A DNA stretch of 63,957 nucleotides, filler included, from a bacterium (GTDB lineage Bacteria; JALSQH01): NCBI GenBank assembly GCA_026985515.1. It is 6 parts of 6 records of this genome, joined end to end, with 100 filler letters (N's around TTAATTAATTAA, not from the genome) between each part and the next. Parts side by side here need not be neighbours in the genome. Positions count along the whole stretch, not along the records: positions 34,556 to 41,990 come from JALSQH010000227.1; positions 42,091 to 49,442 come from JALSQH010000229.1; 4 more parts are not named here. One strand, given 5' to 3'. A model generated the notes under the pieces. It did no database searches. It was not told the origin of the DNA and saw only the letters and a list, made by a program, of their open reading frames with translations. The translations under genes and the position numbers were made by a program. Shown here one piece after another: positions 38,853 to 47,835 of this stretch. How positions within the stretch are numbered: position 1 is the stretch's first letter; each line of letters begins with the position of its first letter.

Positions 38853-39614
38853 ATGAAGTTTGGAAGATTTCTCTTTGGTGAAAAGGTGTTCTGGGGTAGA
38901 GTGGAAGGTGATGAAATTGCAGTGTTAAAAATCCCTCCACAGAAAGGGTTGATTGAAAGTGGGGAGGTATTTAACATAAACGAGGTTAAAATTCTGCCTC
39001 CTGTGGTTCCCACAAAGATTGTGGGGGTGGGGCTCAATTACAGGAAACATGCAGAGGAGATGGGCAAGCCACTTCCAGCGGAACCACTCATTTTTCTCAA
39101 ACCTTCAACGGCTGTGATCGGCCCTGAAGATAACATAATCTTACCTCCTGTGAGTGAGAGGGTTGATTATGAGGGGGAACTTGGAGTTGTGATAAAAAAG
39201 GCGTGTAAAAATGTGGCGGTGGAAGAAGCTTCAGAGTGTATAATGGGATTTACCTGTTTCAACGATGTTACTGCCAGAGACCTGCAGGCAAAGGATGTGC
39301 AGTACACGAGGGCGAAGGGTTTTGACACTTTTGCCCCTGTTGGTCCTTTTATTGAAACAGATATAAACCCTGATGAGGTGGAAATAAAAACATACCTGAA
39401 TGGAGAGATCAGGCAACATTCCTCCACTGCAGATATGATATTTAATGTGTATCAGCTGGTCAGTTTTATATCAGGAGTAATGACTCTTCTGCCGGGGGAT
39501 GTGATTGCTACTGGAACACCTCCCGGTGTTGGTAAGCTTTCCCCGGGAGACAGGGTTTCAATTGAGATAGACGGTATTGGTACCCTTTCAAACTATGTTG
39601 TAGCTGTAAAATAG
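38853..39614 (+). CDS. Fumarylacetoacetate hydrolase family protein
   Basis: [37 protein letters not shown]. Confidence 0.93.
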   Translation: MKFGRFLFGEKVFWGRVEGDEIAVLKIPPQKGLIESGEVFNINEVKILPPVVPTKIVGVGLNYRKHAEEMGKPLPAEPLIFLKPSTAVIGPEDNIILPPVSERVDYEGELGVVIKKACKNVAVEEASECIMGFTCFNDVTARDLQAKDVQYTRAKGFDTFAPVGPFIETDINPDEVEIKTYLNGEIRQHSSTADMIFNVYQLVSFISGVMTLLPGDVIATGTPPGVGKLSPGDRVSIEIDGIGTLSNYVVAVK

Positions 39615-39624
39615 GAGGTGGATT

Positions 39625-40794
39625 ATGGATTTTCCTTTTGCGAAGAGGATAAGGGAACTGCCCCCCTATCTTTTTGCCGAGATCGACAGGTTAAAAGAGG
39701 AACAGATAAAGAAAGGGAAAAAAGTTATTGATCTGGGTGTGGGGGATCCCGATATACCTACTCCTCCCAGTATTGTGAGTGCACTCCAGAGGGCTGCAGA
39801 GAAGAAAGAAAATCACAGATATCCTTCATATGTGGGGATGCTGAAGTTCAGAGAGGCAGCGGCGGAGTGGTACAGAAAAAGGTTTGGAGTCACCCTTGAT
39901 CCAGAAAGGGAAGTAATAACTCTGATTGGTTCCAAGGAGGGGATAGCTCATCTTCCATGGGCGTTTATTGATGAGGGTGACATTGCACTCGTACCAGATC
40001 CTGCCTATCCTGTTTATGGAATTGCAACAAAGTTTGCAGGGGGAGAAGTTTATAAGATGCCCCTTAAGTGGGAAAATGGTTTCTTACCAGATGTGGAGTC
40101 AATTCCGGAAGATGTTCTGAAGCGAGCAAAACTCATGTTTCTGAATTATCCCAATAATCCCACCACTGCCGAGGCAACAGAAGAATTTTACAGAAAAGTT
40201 GTTGATGTGGCAAGCAGATACTCTATTCTTGTAGTTTCAGATGCCCCATACACTGAAATCTACTATGACGAGTCAAAGAAACCATTGAGTATACTTCAGA
40301 TTGATGGTGCAAAGGATGTGGCAATTGAGTTTCATTCTCTCTCAAAAACCTACAATATGACAGGATGGAGAATCGGTTTTGCCGTTGGAAATGAAAGTGC
40401 AGTTAAAGGGCTGGGGAAGATCAAGACCAATGTTGATTCCGGTGTCTTTCAGGCAATTCAGGAAGCGGGAATTGAGGCCCTTACAGGTGACCAGAGTTAT
40501 GTTGAGAAAAACAGAGAAATTTACAGGAAAAGGAGGGAGATTTTTATTAAGGGATTGGAAAAACTTGGACTGGATTATATGAAAAGTAACTCAACCTTTT
40601 ATCTCTGGATAAAAGTTCCTGACGGTTATTCTTCCTCAGACTTTGCAAAAAAGCTCCTTGAAGATGCTGCAATTGTGGTTACTCCAGGAGTTGGTTTTGG
40701 GGAGTATGGTGAAGGTTATTTCAGGGTTTCTCTGACTCAGGATACAGATTTACTTGAAGAAGCAGTGGAGAGAATGCTAAAATTAAATCTGTAA
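39625..40794 (+). CDS. dapL: LL-diaminopimelate aminotransferase
   Basis: PPYLFA, GSKEG, NYPNNPT, SLSKTYNMTGWRIG; dapB context. Confidence 0.85.
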   Translation: MDFPFAKRIRELPPYLFAEIDRLKEEQIKKGKKVIDLGVGDPDIPTPPSIVSALQRAAEKKENHRYPSYVGMLKFREAAAEWYRKRFGVTLDPEREVITLIGSKEGIAHLPWAFIDEGDIALVPDPAYPVYGIATKFAGGEVYKMPLKWENGFLPDVESIPEDVLKRAKLMFLNYPNNPTTAEATEEFYRKVVDVASRYSILVVSDAPYTEIYYDESKKPLSILQIDGAKDVAIEFHSLSKTYNMTGWRIGFAVGNESAVKGLGKIKTNVDSGVFQAIQEAGIEALTGDQSYVEKNREIYRKRREIFIKGLEKLGLDYMKSNSTFYLWIKVPDGYSSSDFAKKLLEDAAIVVTPGVGFGEYGEGYFRVSLTQDTDLLEEAVERMLKLNL

Positions 40795-40803
40795 GGTAAC
40801 CAG

Positions 40804-41316
40804 ATGGCAATTTATCTTTCACTTGGATCAAATTTGGGCGACCGGCTGAAACATATTCTTGACGCTCTTGGCGAGCTAAACATATTCGGAAGAGTTGTGG
40901 CTGTGTCAGACCTGTATGAAACTGCTCCCATCGGGATGGGGGGAGAAAATTTTTACAACTGCGTTGTGAAATACAGAACCAATCTCTCTCCGTTTGAATT
41001 TCTCAGGATTTTGAAAATGATAGAGCATGATCTGGGAAGGGATGAGTCTCAGGGGCATAACAGACCACGGGTAATTGATATTGATATTCTGATTTATCAC
41101 AATTACAGGATAGAGAGTGAGCAACTTACCATTCCTCATCCGGCCATCTATGTGAGGGATTTTGTTCTCAGAGGACTTTTGGATATCGATGAAAACTTCT
41201 TCTGCAGATTTGTGGGTAAGTCGGCCTCTGAAATACTTGGTGCTTTAAAGGAAAGATCCATCCTTAAAAGAATAATGAGGGGAGAGGAACTTTTTGAATT
41301 ACTTTTTACAGGGTGA
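40804..41316 (+). CDS. folK: 2-amino-4-hydroxy-6-hydroxymethyldihydropteridine pyrophosphokinase
   Basis: LSLGSNLGDR, PRVIDIDIL, LTIPHP. Confidence 0.93.
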   Translation: MAIYLSLGSNLGDRLKHILDALGELNIFGRVVAVSDLYETAPIGMGGENFYNCVVKYRTNLSPFEFLRILKMIEHDLGRDESQGHNRPRVIDIDILIYHNYRIESEQLTIPHPAIYVRDFVLRGLLDIDENFFCRFVGKSASEILGALKERSILKRIMRGEELFELLFTG

Positions 41317-41990
41317 GATATAGATTTCCCCCCATTTTCCTCCTGACCATTTATGTTTTGAACCTTCCACATAGAAACTCCATTGAGGTAGTTCTTTTTC
41401 AAGTTTTTCTATTAATTCAGGTTTTACAATAAGAGCAGTGGCAAGCCCATCAGAAATAACTGGATCTGTTCCCACAACTACTGAAACTCGTCGAGTGTCT
41501 ATTCTTTTACCTGAGAATGGATTATAAATTTCTTTTCTCAGGTAGGTTCCCGAAGAAAAGATACTCCATTTTCCTTTTAATTTAATGCATCCTTTTTCCA
41601 TTTTCCCCCTGAAATTCCGAAAACTGACTGTAATTCTTTTCCCCCATGCAATTATATCTCCCCCGGCATTTATATATCCCTCTGATGAATGGGAGAAAAA
41701 CTTGTTGAAAAGTTTCATAATTACATATCCCTTTGCCATTCCGCTGAAGTCAAAGATAAGATTCTTCCTGTGCTTGATCAGTAGATTTTTGTTCAGGGTC
41801 AGGAGATCAGATATTTTTTTATCCCGGGTCTCTTCAGGACTTCTGAAGAGGATGTCAAAGTAGCCATCGGTGAGATTAAACAATTTGATTCCATAATCAA
41901 CCATTTTTTCAAGATCTTGGTTAAGTGCAACGGTTGAAACGGGTTTATTGAGAAGAGTATTTAGCAGGCTTTTTCTATTCTGGAAGGATA
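41299..41990 (-). CDS. ApbE-like FAD:protein FMN transferase, divergent, N-terminus truncated
   Basis: T.GYFDI, DFSGMAKGY, INAGGDI, SSG.Y.R, SDGLATAL. Confidence 0.75.
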
Positions 41991-42090
41991 NNNNNNNNNN
42001 NNNNNNNNNNNNNNNNNNNNNNNNNNNNNNNNNNTTAATTAATTAANNNNNNNNNNNNNNNNNNNNNNNNNNNNNNNNNNNNNNNNNNNN
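41991..42090. other. Artificial contig spacer
   Basis: N44-TTAATTAATTAA-N44. Confidence 0.99.
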
Positions 42091-43077
42091 CTCCTCAATA
42101 TAGCAGTAACCATAAAGCAGTTGAGCCTTGGGTATCAAAGGACTGTCAGGTACTTCCTCAGCGAGCTGGTAAAGTAAATGATAAGTTTTCCCAAATTGTC
42201 TCTTCATGGCCCATACCCATGCCCTCTCATACAGAGCATGGTCATAGAAGCGGGATGTGGAAGTAATTTTCAGATAATAGCTTCTTGCCCTATCGTAATC
42301 ACCTGCCTCAAAGAATAATCTTCCGATTGAGAGAAGAAGCAGGTCTTTGAAATCCGTGTAAAACTTTCTCTTACCGGTTTCCTCCAGTGGGGTTTTAGCC
42401 AGATCAGATTTCACCTCTTTAAGGAGATGGTAAAAAATTCTGTAACTCTTTACAGGCTGATTCTCAAGGAGGTAAATTGAAGCAAGATAATACCGGGACT
42501 GCAGGTAAAACTCACCACCCTTTTTAATATTTCTGAAAAGTTTTGCAGCCTCCCTGTACTTTCTCATGTTAAAATAAGAAACGCCCAGCAGATACAACGC
42601 TCTGTTTTCAAAAGCTTCAGGGGGAAGAATTTCTTTCAATATCTTGAAGTAACCTATTGCCTCTCCAAAGCGTTTCAACATTATGGATATTTCAAGCAAA
42701 CGCTGAATCACATCAGGGTAAAAGGGGAATTCCCTACCATATATGGCAAGAATCTTCCTGTAAGTCTGGTAAGCCTGCTGAAGCATTCCCGACTGAAAAT
42801 AGGATTCGCCAAGATAGTACATGGCTTCCCTGTATTCGGGAAGATAACTCAGTTCCCTGTATTTAACTGCAGAGTAAAAAAATGCCATTGCCTCTTCGTA
42901 GGAACCAGAGGAGTAAAAATCGAGACCAAGATCAAGGTACTTCTTTACATGTTGAATCTTTTCTTTTCTGGATAATTCCTCAATAAGTGATCTCTTCTTA
43001 GGATAGAGAGCCGGGGCAGTTAAAAAAAAATCCCCACCAATCAAAATCAAAAGAAACAGAACACTCTTAAGCTTCAT
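42091..43077 (-). CDS. Exported TPR protein, GltC/GltD-like (C-terminus truncated)
   Basis: Hydrophobic N-terminus; TPRs; LSIGRLFFE.GDY..A..YY..I...SRFY..ALYERAW motif. Confidence 0.7.
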
Positions 43078-43901
43078 TCTACAATCTTAAATTTTATGGT
43101 TGGTCTGTCCTTCAGCTGATATATTGAACCTCTATCTGCTGGCATTATATTTATAGTGATTGTTTTACCCCTGGGGGCACTGAAATAGTAGGTTGCTGAA
43201 ACTTCCATTTTTACAGCTTCCATGTAGGTAAAAATTCCATATCCCTTTCCTCTGATTATCATATCCACATCCAATCTGTGATTTTCCGGCAATATACTGG
43301 CGGTAAAGATTTCCATATTTCTGGCCTTTTCAAGTTTTGAAGCATCCTTCTCCTGATAAATTGGATATCCATCAAGTTTTACAACCACCTGTACCGGGGC
43401 AAAGGTACCACCCATGTCATTTGTAAAAAGGAGCCTCAATTTTGTTCCACTTATAAACCCCTGAGAAATTCTGTCCCCCAGCTCCATTATCTTTGACTTT
43501 GTATCCAGAATCTGGTTTCTCAGTTGATTGATTTTCTCCTCAAGTCTCTGTAACTCCTCATCCGTGACAACAAGATTTCCACTTTCCTCTTCCTGAAACT
43601 CCTCTTCAAGAGAGGTGGAAGGGGGAATGTTTTTCATCTCTTTTTCCATTTTCTGTTCCCCGGGACCTGCAGGTTTCTCCTCTTCTACAGGTCCTCCCTC
43701 TTCAAATATCTCCTCTTCAGTGCCTCCGCTCCTGGTGGTAACACTTCCCGAAACTGGAGCCGGTGCCGAACTCTTTTCCACAGAAGTGGTTGCTGGCTGT
43801 GTCCCCTCCTCCATTATAATTTCTTCGCCGGAGAAAACCCCTGTCCCCCAGAGAAAGAAACCCATTATCAGAATTACTGAAAACAGTTTTCTATTCATCA
43901 C
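43074..43901 (-). CDS. Exported protein: acidic linker, coiled coil and beta-rich domain (myxobacteria-type family)
   Basis: Signal peptide; LEEKINQLRNQILDTKSKI; NDMG..F......LDG.PIY; RGKGYGIFTYME; LKDRP. Confidence 0.7.
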   Translation of the reverse strand: MMNRKLFSVILIMGFFLWGTGVFSGEEIIMEEGTQPATTSVEKSSAPAPVSGSVTTRSGGTEEEIFEEGGPVEEEKPAGPGEQKMEKEMKNIPPSTSLEEEFQEEESGNLVVTDEELQRLEEKINQLRNQILDTKSKIMELGDRISQGFISGTKLRLLFTNDMGGTFAPVQVVVKLDGYPIYQEKDASKLEKARNMEIFTASILPENHRLDVDMIIRGKGYGIFTYMEAVKMEVSATYYFSAPRGKTITINIMPADRGSIYQLKDRPTIKFKIVE

Positions 43902-43921
43902 AGCTTCTCTCCTTTTCTCTT

Positions 43922-43930
43922 ATTATACCA
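43922..43930 (-). promoter_or_regulatory. Extended -10 promoter (TGGTATAAT) of the 43901 operon
   Basis: Perfect TATAAT with TGn on the minus strand; poor -35 (CTGCCT). Confidence 0.65.
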
Positions 43931-43948
43931 GATTGTTTTAAAAAAGGC

Positions 43949-43964
43949 AGTGATACATATCACA
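43949..43964. promoter_or_regulatory. CRP/FNR-family-like binding site
   Basis: AGTGA-TACATA-TCACA (9/10 match to TGTGA-N6-TCACA), centred at about -41.5 of the minus-strand promoter. Confidence 0.55.
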
Positions 43965-43980
43965 GCAAAACTTCCTCCCC

Positions 43981-44008
43981 TTGACAAAAGCACTCCACGA
44001 AATAAAAT
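43981..44008 (+). promoter_or_regulatory. Sigma70 promoter of the nucleotide-sugar dehydrogenase
   Basis: TTGACA-N16-TAAAAT. Confidence 0.6.
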
Positions 44009-44041
44009 ATACTGAAAACATTTTACCCGCAGAGTTACCTT

Positions 44042-45343
44042 ATGTCAATAAAAGAAGAAATAAAATCCCGCATTTTAAAGAAAGAGATTATTTTTTCTGT
44101 GATAGGGCTTGGCTATGTGGGCCTTCCACTGGCTGTGGAATTTGCAGAAGCAGGATTTAAAGTTGTCGGATTTGATATTGACAGGAAAAAAATTGATCTC
44201 ATAAACAGGGGAAAATCCTACATTGACGATATTCCATCTGAAAGACTACAACCTCTTGTTGAGAAAAAGATCCTGGAGGCATCCGACAATTTCGATAGGC
44301 TTAAAGAGGTTGACGTTATCAGCATATGTGTACCAACTCCTTTGAGGAAAACGAAAGACCCTGATATTTCCTATATACTTTCAGCCACAAAAGAAATTTC
44401 AAAAAGATTGAAAAAAGGTCATGTAGTTATCCTGGAAAGTACCACCTATCCAGGAACAACAGAAGAAATAATAAAACCTGAACTTGAAAAAACCGGTCTG
44501 AAAGTGGGTAAAGATTTTTTTCTTGCTTTCTCTCCCGAAAGGGTCGATCCGGGGAATAAAAAATTCACAACGAAAAATACACCAAAAGTGGTGGGTGGAG
44601 TTACAGAGGATTGCCTTGAGATTGTGAGCACGCTTTACAGTCAGGTAATTGAAAAAGTGGTCCCTGTTTCTTCCCCAAAAGTAGCTGAAATGACAAAAAT
44701 TCTGGAAAACACCTTCAGAGCTATAAATATTGGACTGGTGAATGAAACAGCAATAATCTGTGACAAACTGGGAATTGATGTATGGGAAGTGATAGATGCC
44801 GCTGCTACCAAGCCCTTCGGTTTCATGCCATTTTACCCGGGTCCCGGACTGGGTGGTCACTGTATCCCAATTGACCCTCACTATCTGAGCTGGAAGCTCA
44901 AGGCATACAACTATAATGCGAGATTTATTCAACTGGCTGATGAAATCAACTCCAGTATGCCTTACTATGTGGTAGAAAAAATCTCCAGGGCTCTGAATGA
45001 TGATGGAAAACCCATTAATGGTTCAAAAATATTGATTCTTGGCGTTGCATATAAACCTGATGTTTCAGATACGAGAGAATCACCTGCACTTGATATTATC
45101 TCTCTTTTAAGAGAGCGCAAGGGAATTGTTGATTACAATGATCCATTTGTACCTGAGATCAGGGAAGCAGGACTGCAGATGAAATCCGTACCTTTAGATG
45201 AAATTGAAAAATATGATATTGTCGTTATTACAACCAATCATTCAGTTTACGATTACCGGGAAATAGTTGAAAGGGCAAAAATGATTCTTGATACCCGCAA
45301 CGCCACCAGAGGTATTGTTTCTCCAAAAATTTACAAGCTCTGA
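44042..45343 (+). CDS. UDP-N-acetylhexosamine 6-dehydrogenase (WbpA/WecC family)
   Basis: GLGYVGLP, CVPTP, LESTTYPGTT, SPERVDPG, GGHCIP.DP. Confidence 0.93.
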   Translation: MSIKEEIKSRILKKEIIFSVIGLGYVGLPLAVEFAEAGFKVVGFDIDRKKIDLINRGKSYIDDIPSERLQPLVEKKILEASDNFDRLKEVDVISICVPTPLRKTKDPDISYILSATKEISKRLKKGHVVILESTTYPGTTEEIIKPELEKTGLKVGKDFFLAFSPERVDPGNKKFTTKNTPKVVGGVTEDCLEIVSTLYSQVIEKVVPVSSPKVAEMTKILENTFRAINIGLVNETAIICDKLGIDVWEVIDAAATKPFGFMPFYPGPGLGGHCIPIDPHYLSWKLKAYNYNARFIQLADEINSSMPYYVVEKISRALNDDGKPINGSKILILGVAYKPDVSDTRESPALDIISLLRERKGIVDYNDPFVPEIREAGLQMKSVPLDEIEKYDIVVITTNHSVYDYREIVERAKMILDTRNATRGIVSPKIYKL

Positions 45344-46567
45344 TCAGGTATAGTGGTAGAGTTTTGTGAATAACCTTCTGTAAATAACAATTCTCTGAAT
45401 CTGGCCAGTTCCCTCAAATATATCAAACACCTTTTGATCCCTGTAAAGCTTTTCCACGAGGTTGTCTCTCTCAAGTCCATCTCTTCCCATTATTTCCAGT
45501 GCCTTACTGGTAACTCTCTGGGCCACATTGGCTGCATAGGCCTTGCTCATTGATGCATGTTTTGTATTTGGCTTTCCCACATCTCCCATCCAGGCAGCCT
45601 GCCACACGAGATATCTCGCAGTTTTAATTTCTCTATCCATTTCCACCAGCAATTCTCTGATCCTCTGATACCTGGGAATGGGTCTGTTTATCATGTAATT
45701 TTCATTAATCCACTCAACAAGCCGTTCATAGGCAGCTCTTGCTATTCCCACAGCCATCGCCGCCACAAGTGGTCTGGTCTGGTCAAATGTTTTCATCGCT
45801 CCCTTAAAACCACCACCTTTAACCTTTTTTTCATAATACTCCTCTCCTCCCAGCAGGAAGTCTTTATGAACTCTGCAATCCTCAAATATCAGCTCAGCAG
45901 TTTCAGCAGCTCTGAGACCCATTTTCTGCTCAATTTTACCTACCTTAAATCCAGGTGTCCTCTTAAAAACAAGAAAAGCCCTGTGACCTGCTCTTCCAAG
46001 GGATTTGTCAATTGTGGCAAAAACCACATTCCAGTCTGCCCTTGCTCCATTGGTAATAAATATTTTTGTTCCATTGAGTATGTAGTAATCACCATCTTTA
46101 ACAGCTGTTGTGGAAAGAGCAGCAACATCTGAGCCAAAACCAGGTTCAGTCAATGCGTAAGCTCCCCAGTGAGGATTCTCTGTGTCTTTAAAAACTTCAA
46201 AAGCCATTTTCTGCTGTTCCGGGGTTCCCATTATCATAACGGGAGGTCCACCAAGCCCTGGACCGGGAATGTTGAGCAGTATGGCAGGATCACCCCAGGC
46301 AAGCTCTTCCATGGCAATGGCACCAATTCTGTTTATTTCACTTTCCTTCTTCTTTCCTTCAGGTTCGCCAAGAAGTTTCCCTCCACCAAATCTTCCGGGA
46401 ATGGATCCTCCTCCAAACCCCATTTTAACAAGTTTCATCAAAAATTCCCTTGGAACCTGATGGGTTCTGTCAGCCTCTATTGCAAGGGGTCTTATTTCTG
46501 TTTTCGCAAACCAGTGTATCATTTCCCTTATGTTCTGCATAGCTGGACTCAATTCAAAATCAAACAT
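45344..46567 (-). CDS. Acyl-CoA dehydrogenase, FadE23-like (catalytic subunit)
   Basis: ALTEPGFGSD, F..TRPLVA, RDQKVFDIFEGTGQIQ. Start moved to ATG 46567 (GGAGG SD). Confidence 0.9.
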   Translation of the reverse strand: MFDFELSPAMQNIREMIHWFAKTEIRPLAIEADRTHQVPREFLMKLVKMGFGGGSIPGRFGGGKLLGEPEGKKKESEINRIGAIAMEELAWGDPAILLNIPGPGLGGPPVMIMGTPEQQKMAFEVFKDTENPHWGAYALTEPGFGSDVAALSTTAVKDGDYYILNGTKIFITNGARADWNVVFATIDKSLGRAGHRAFLVFKRTPGFKVGKIEQKMGLRAAETAELIFEDCRVHKDFLLGGEEYYEKKVKGGGFKGAMKTFDQTRPLVAAMAVGIARAAYERLVEWINENYMINRPIPRYQRIRELLVEMDREIKTARYLVWQAAWMGDVGKPNTKHASMSKAYAANVAQRVTSKALEIMGRDGLERDNLVEKLYRDQKVFDIFEGTGQIQRIVIYRRLFTKLYHYT

Positions 46568-46568
46568 C

Positions 46569-47723
46569 CTATTTTCCTCCATTTTCTTTAACTATGTAGT
46601 TTGAGGCAACATCCTCAAAAACAATCAAAGATCCTGCAAGGAGTGACAGAGCCTTTGCATCCCTGGCCCACTTCTCCACTGGATGGTCCATAATGTAACC
46701 ATGACCTCCAAGTACCTGGATGGCATCCGGGCAGATCTTATCTGCAGCCACAGCTATCTGTGCAAGAGCAGCTGCAACATCTCCTATGGATGCTTTACCT
46801 TCCACCACACTCCAGGCAGTCTCCCATAGATAATCTCTTGCCCCCTCAAGGAGAATGGCCATGTCAGAGATCATAAAAGCAAGACCCTGGTGTTTTGCTA
46901 TGGGCTGTCCAAAGGCAACCCTTTCCTGAGCATAATCAATAGCGTACTCAAGTGCCGCTCTTGATGCCCCCAGAATCATTGAAGCGATTCTCAACCAGAA
47001 ATAGATGTAAGATTCCTCGAGTGACTTTACGGGGTCCTGACTTCCACTCAAAACTTCTGCCTCCACATCCTTGAACTCAACGACACCTGTTCTGAAAGAA
47101 AGTAAACCTATTTTGTCATCTTTTCTGCCTGTAGTTATACCTGGAGACTCCTTTTTTACAATAAAAACTCTTAATTCTTTCAAATCTTCTGAACCTTCCG
47201 GAAGAGCCAGAACAACATATATATCGTCGTTATCGAAATTATGCACAAAGTAGCCTGTTCCATTCAGAAAAAATTTTCCCCCCTTACTCACATACCTCAC
47301 AGTTACGCTCTCAGTATCGTAAGGATCAAAGGTTCTGTTCCATACCGAGCCTATTCTATAAGAAAAATTTGACGGATCAGAGAATGGTGAAAGATACTTC
47401 ACCTTCTGCTCATCTGTACCAAAGAATCGTATAACTAACCCACCAAATCCAGGTGTATCAAGAGAAAGGGCTATTGCAGGGTCTCCCCATGCAAGCTCCT
47501 CGTAAAGGACTACACTGCTTCTCACATCCATGCCCGCACCACCCACATTTTCCGGATAATCAATAAGAAACATTGACAGCTCTGCATATTTTTTTTCCAG
47601 AGACTCAGGGACCTTCCCTATTTTCTCTGCTTCCCTGGCAATTTCCCTAACCTCGTTCAGGGAAAATTCATGAATAGTATCCTGCACCAGCTTTAAATCT
47701 TCACCCACCTCAAAATTTATCAT
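46569..47723 (-). CDS. Acyl-CoA dehydrogenase, FadE24-like (degenerate partner subunit)
   Basis: EELAWGD, RVAFGQPIAKHQ, QVLGGHGY..DHPVEKWARD; lacks the TEP..GSD and EG motifs. Confidence 0.85.
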   Translation of the reverse strand: MINFEVGEDLKLVQDTIHEFSLNEVREIAREAEKIGKVPESLEKKYAELSMFLIDYPENVGGAGMDVRSSVVLYEELAWGDPAIALSLDTPGFGGLVIRFFGTDEQKVKYLSPFSDPSNFSYRIGSVWNRTFDPYDTESVTVRYVSKGGKFFLNGTGYFVHNFDNDDIYVVLALPEGSEDLKELRVFIVKKESPGITTGRKDDKIGLLSFRTGVVEFKDVEAEVLSGSQDPVKSLEESYIYFWLRIASMILGASRAALEYAIDYAQERVAFGQPIAKHQGLAFMISDMAILLEGARDYLWETAWSVVEGKASIGDVAAALAQIAVAADKICPDAIQVLGGHGYIMDHPVEKWARDAKALSLLAGSLIVFEDVASNYIVKENGGK

Positions 47724-47767
47724 AGCTACCCCCTATTTTGTAAACACTTACTTACTTTTATCAAAAA

Positions 47768-47783
47768 TTGACAGATATGTCAA
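47768..47783. promoter_or_regulatory. Palindromic operator overlapping the -35 of the ACAD operon
   Basis: TTGACA-GATA-TGTCAA; the right arm reads TTGACA on the minus strand. Confidence 0.55.
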
Positions 47784-47835
47784 GTATCCAGAACTGCAAT
47801 CCCTGCTGAAATTAAAGATGAAAAGGGAAACTACC

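Noticed and set aside
45557-46132. 191-aa plus-strand ORF
   Set aside because: Antisense shadow of the acyl-CoA dehydrogenase.
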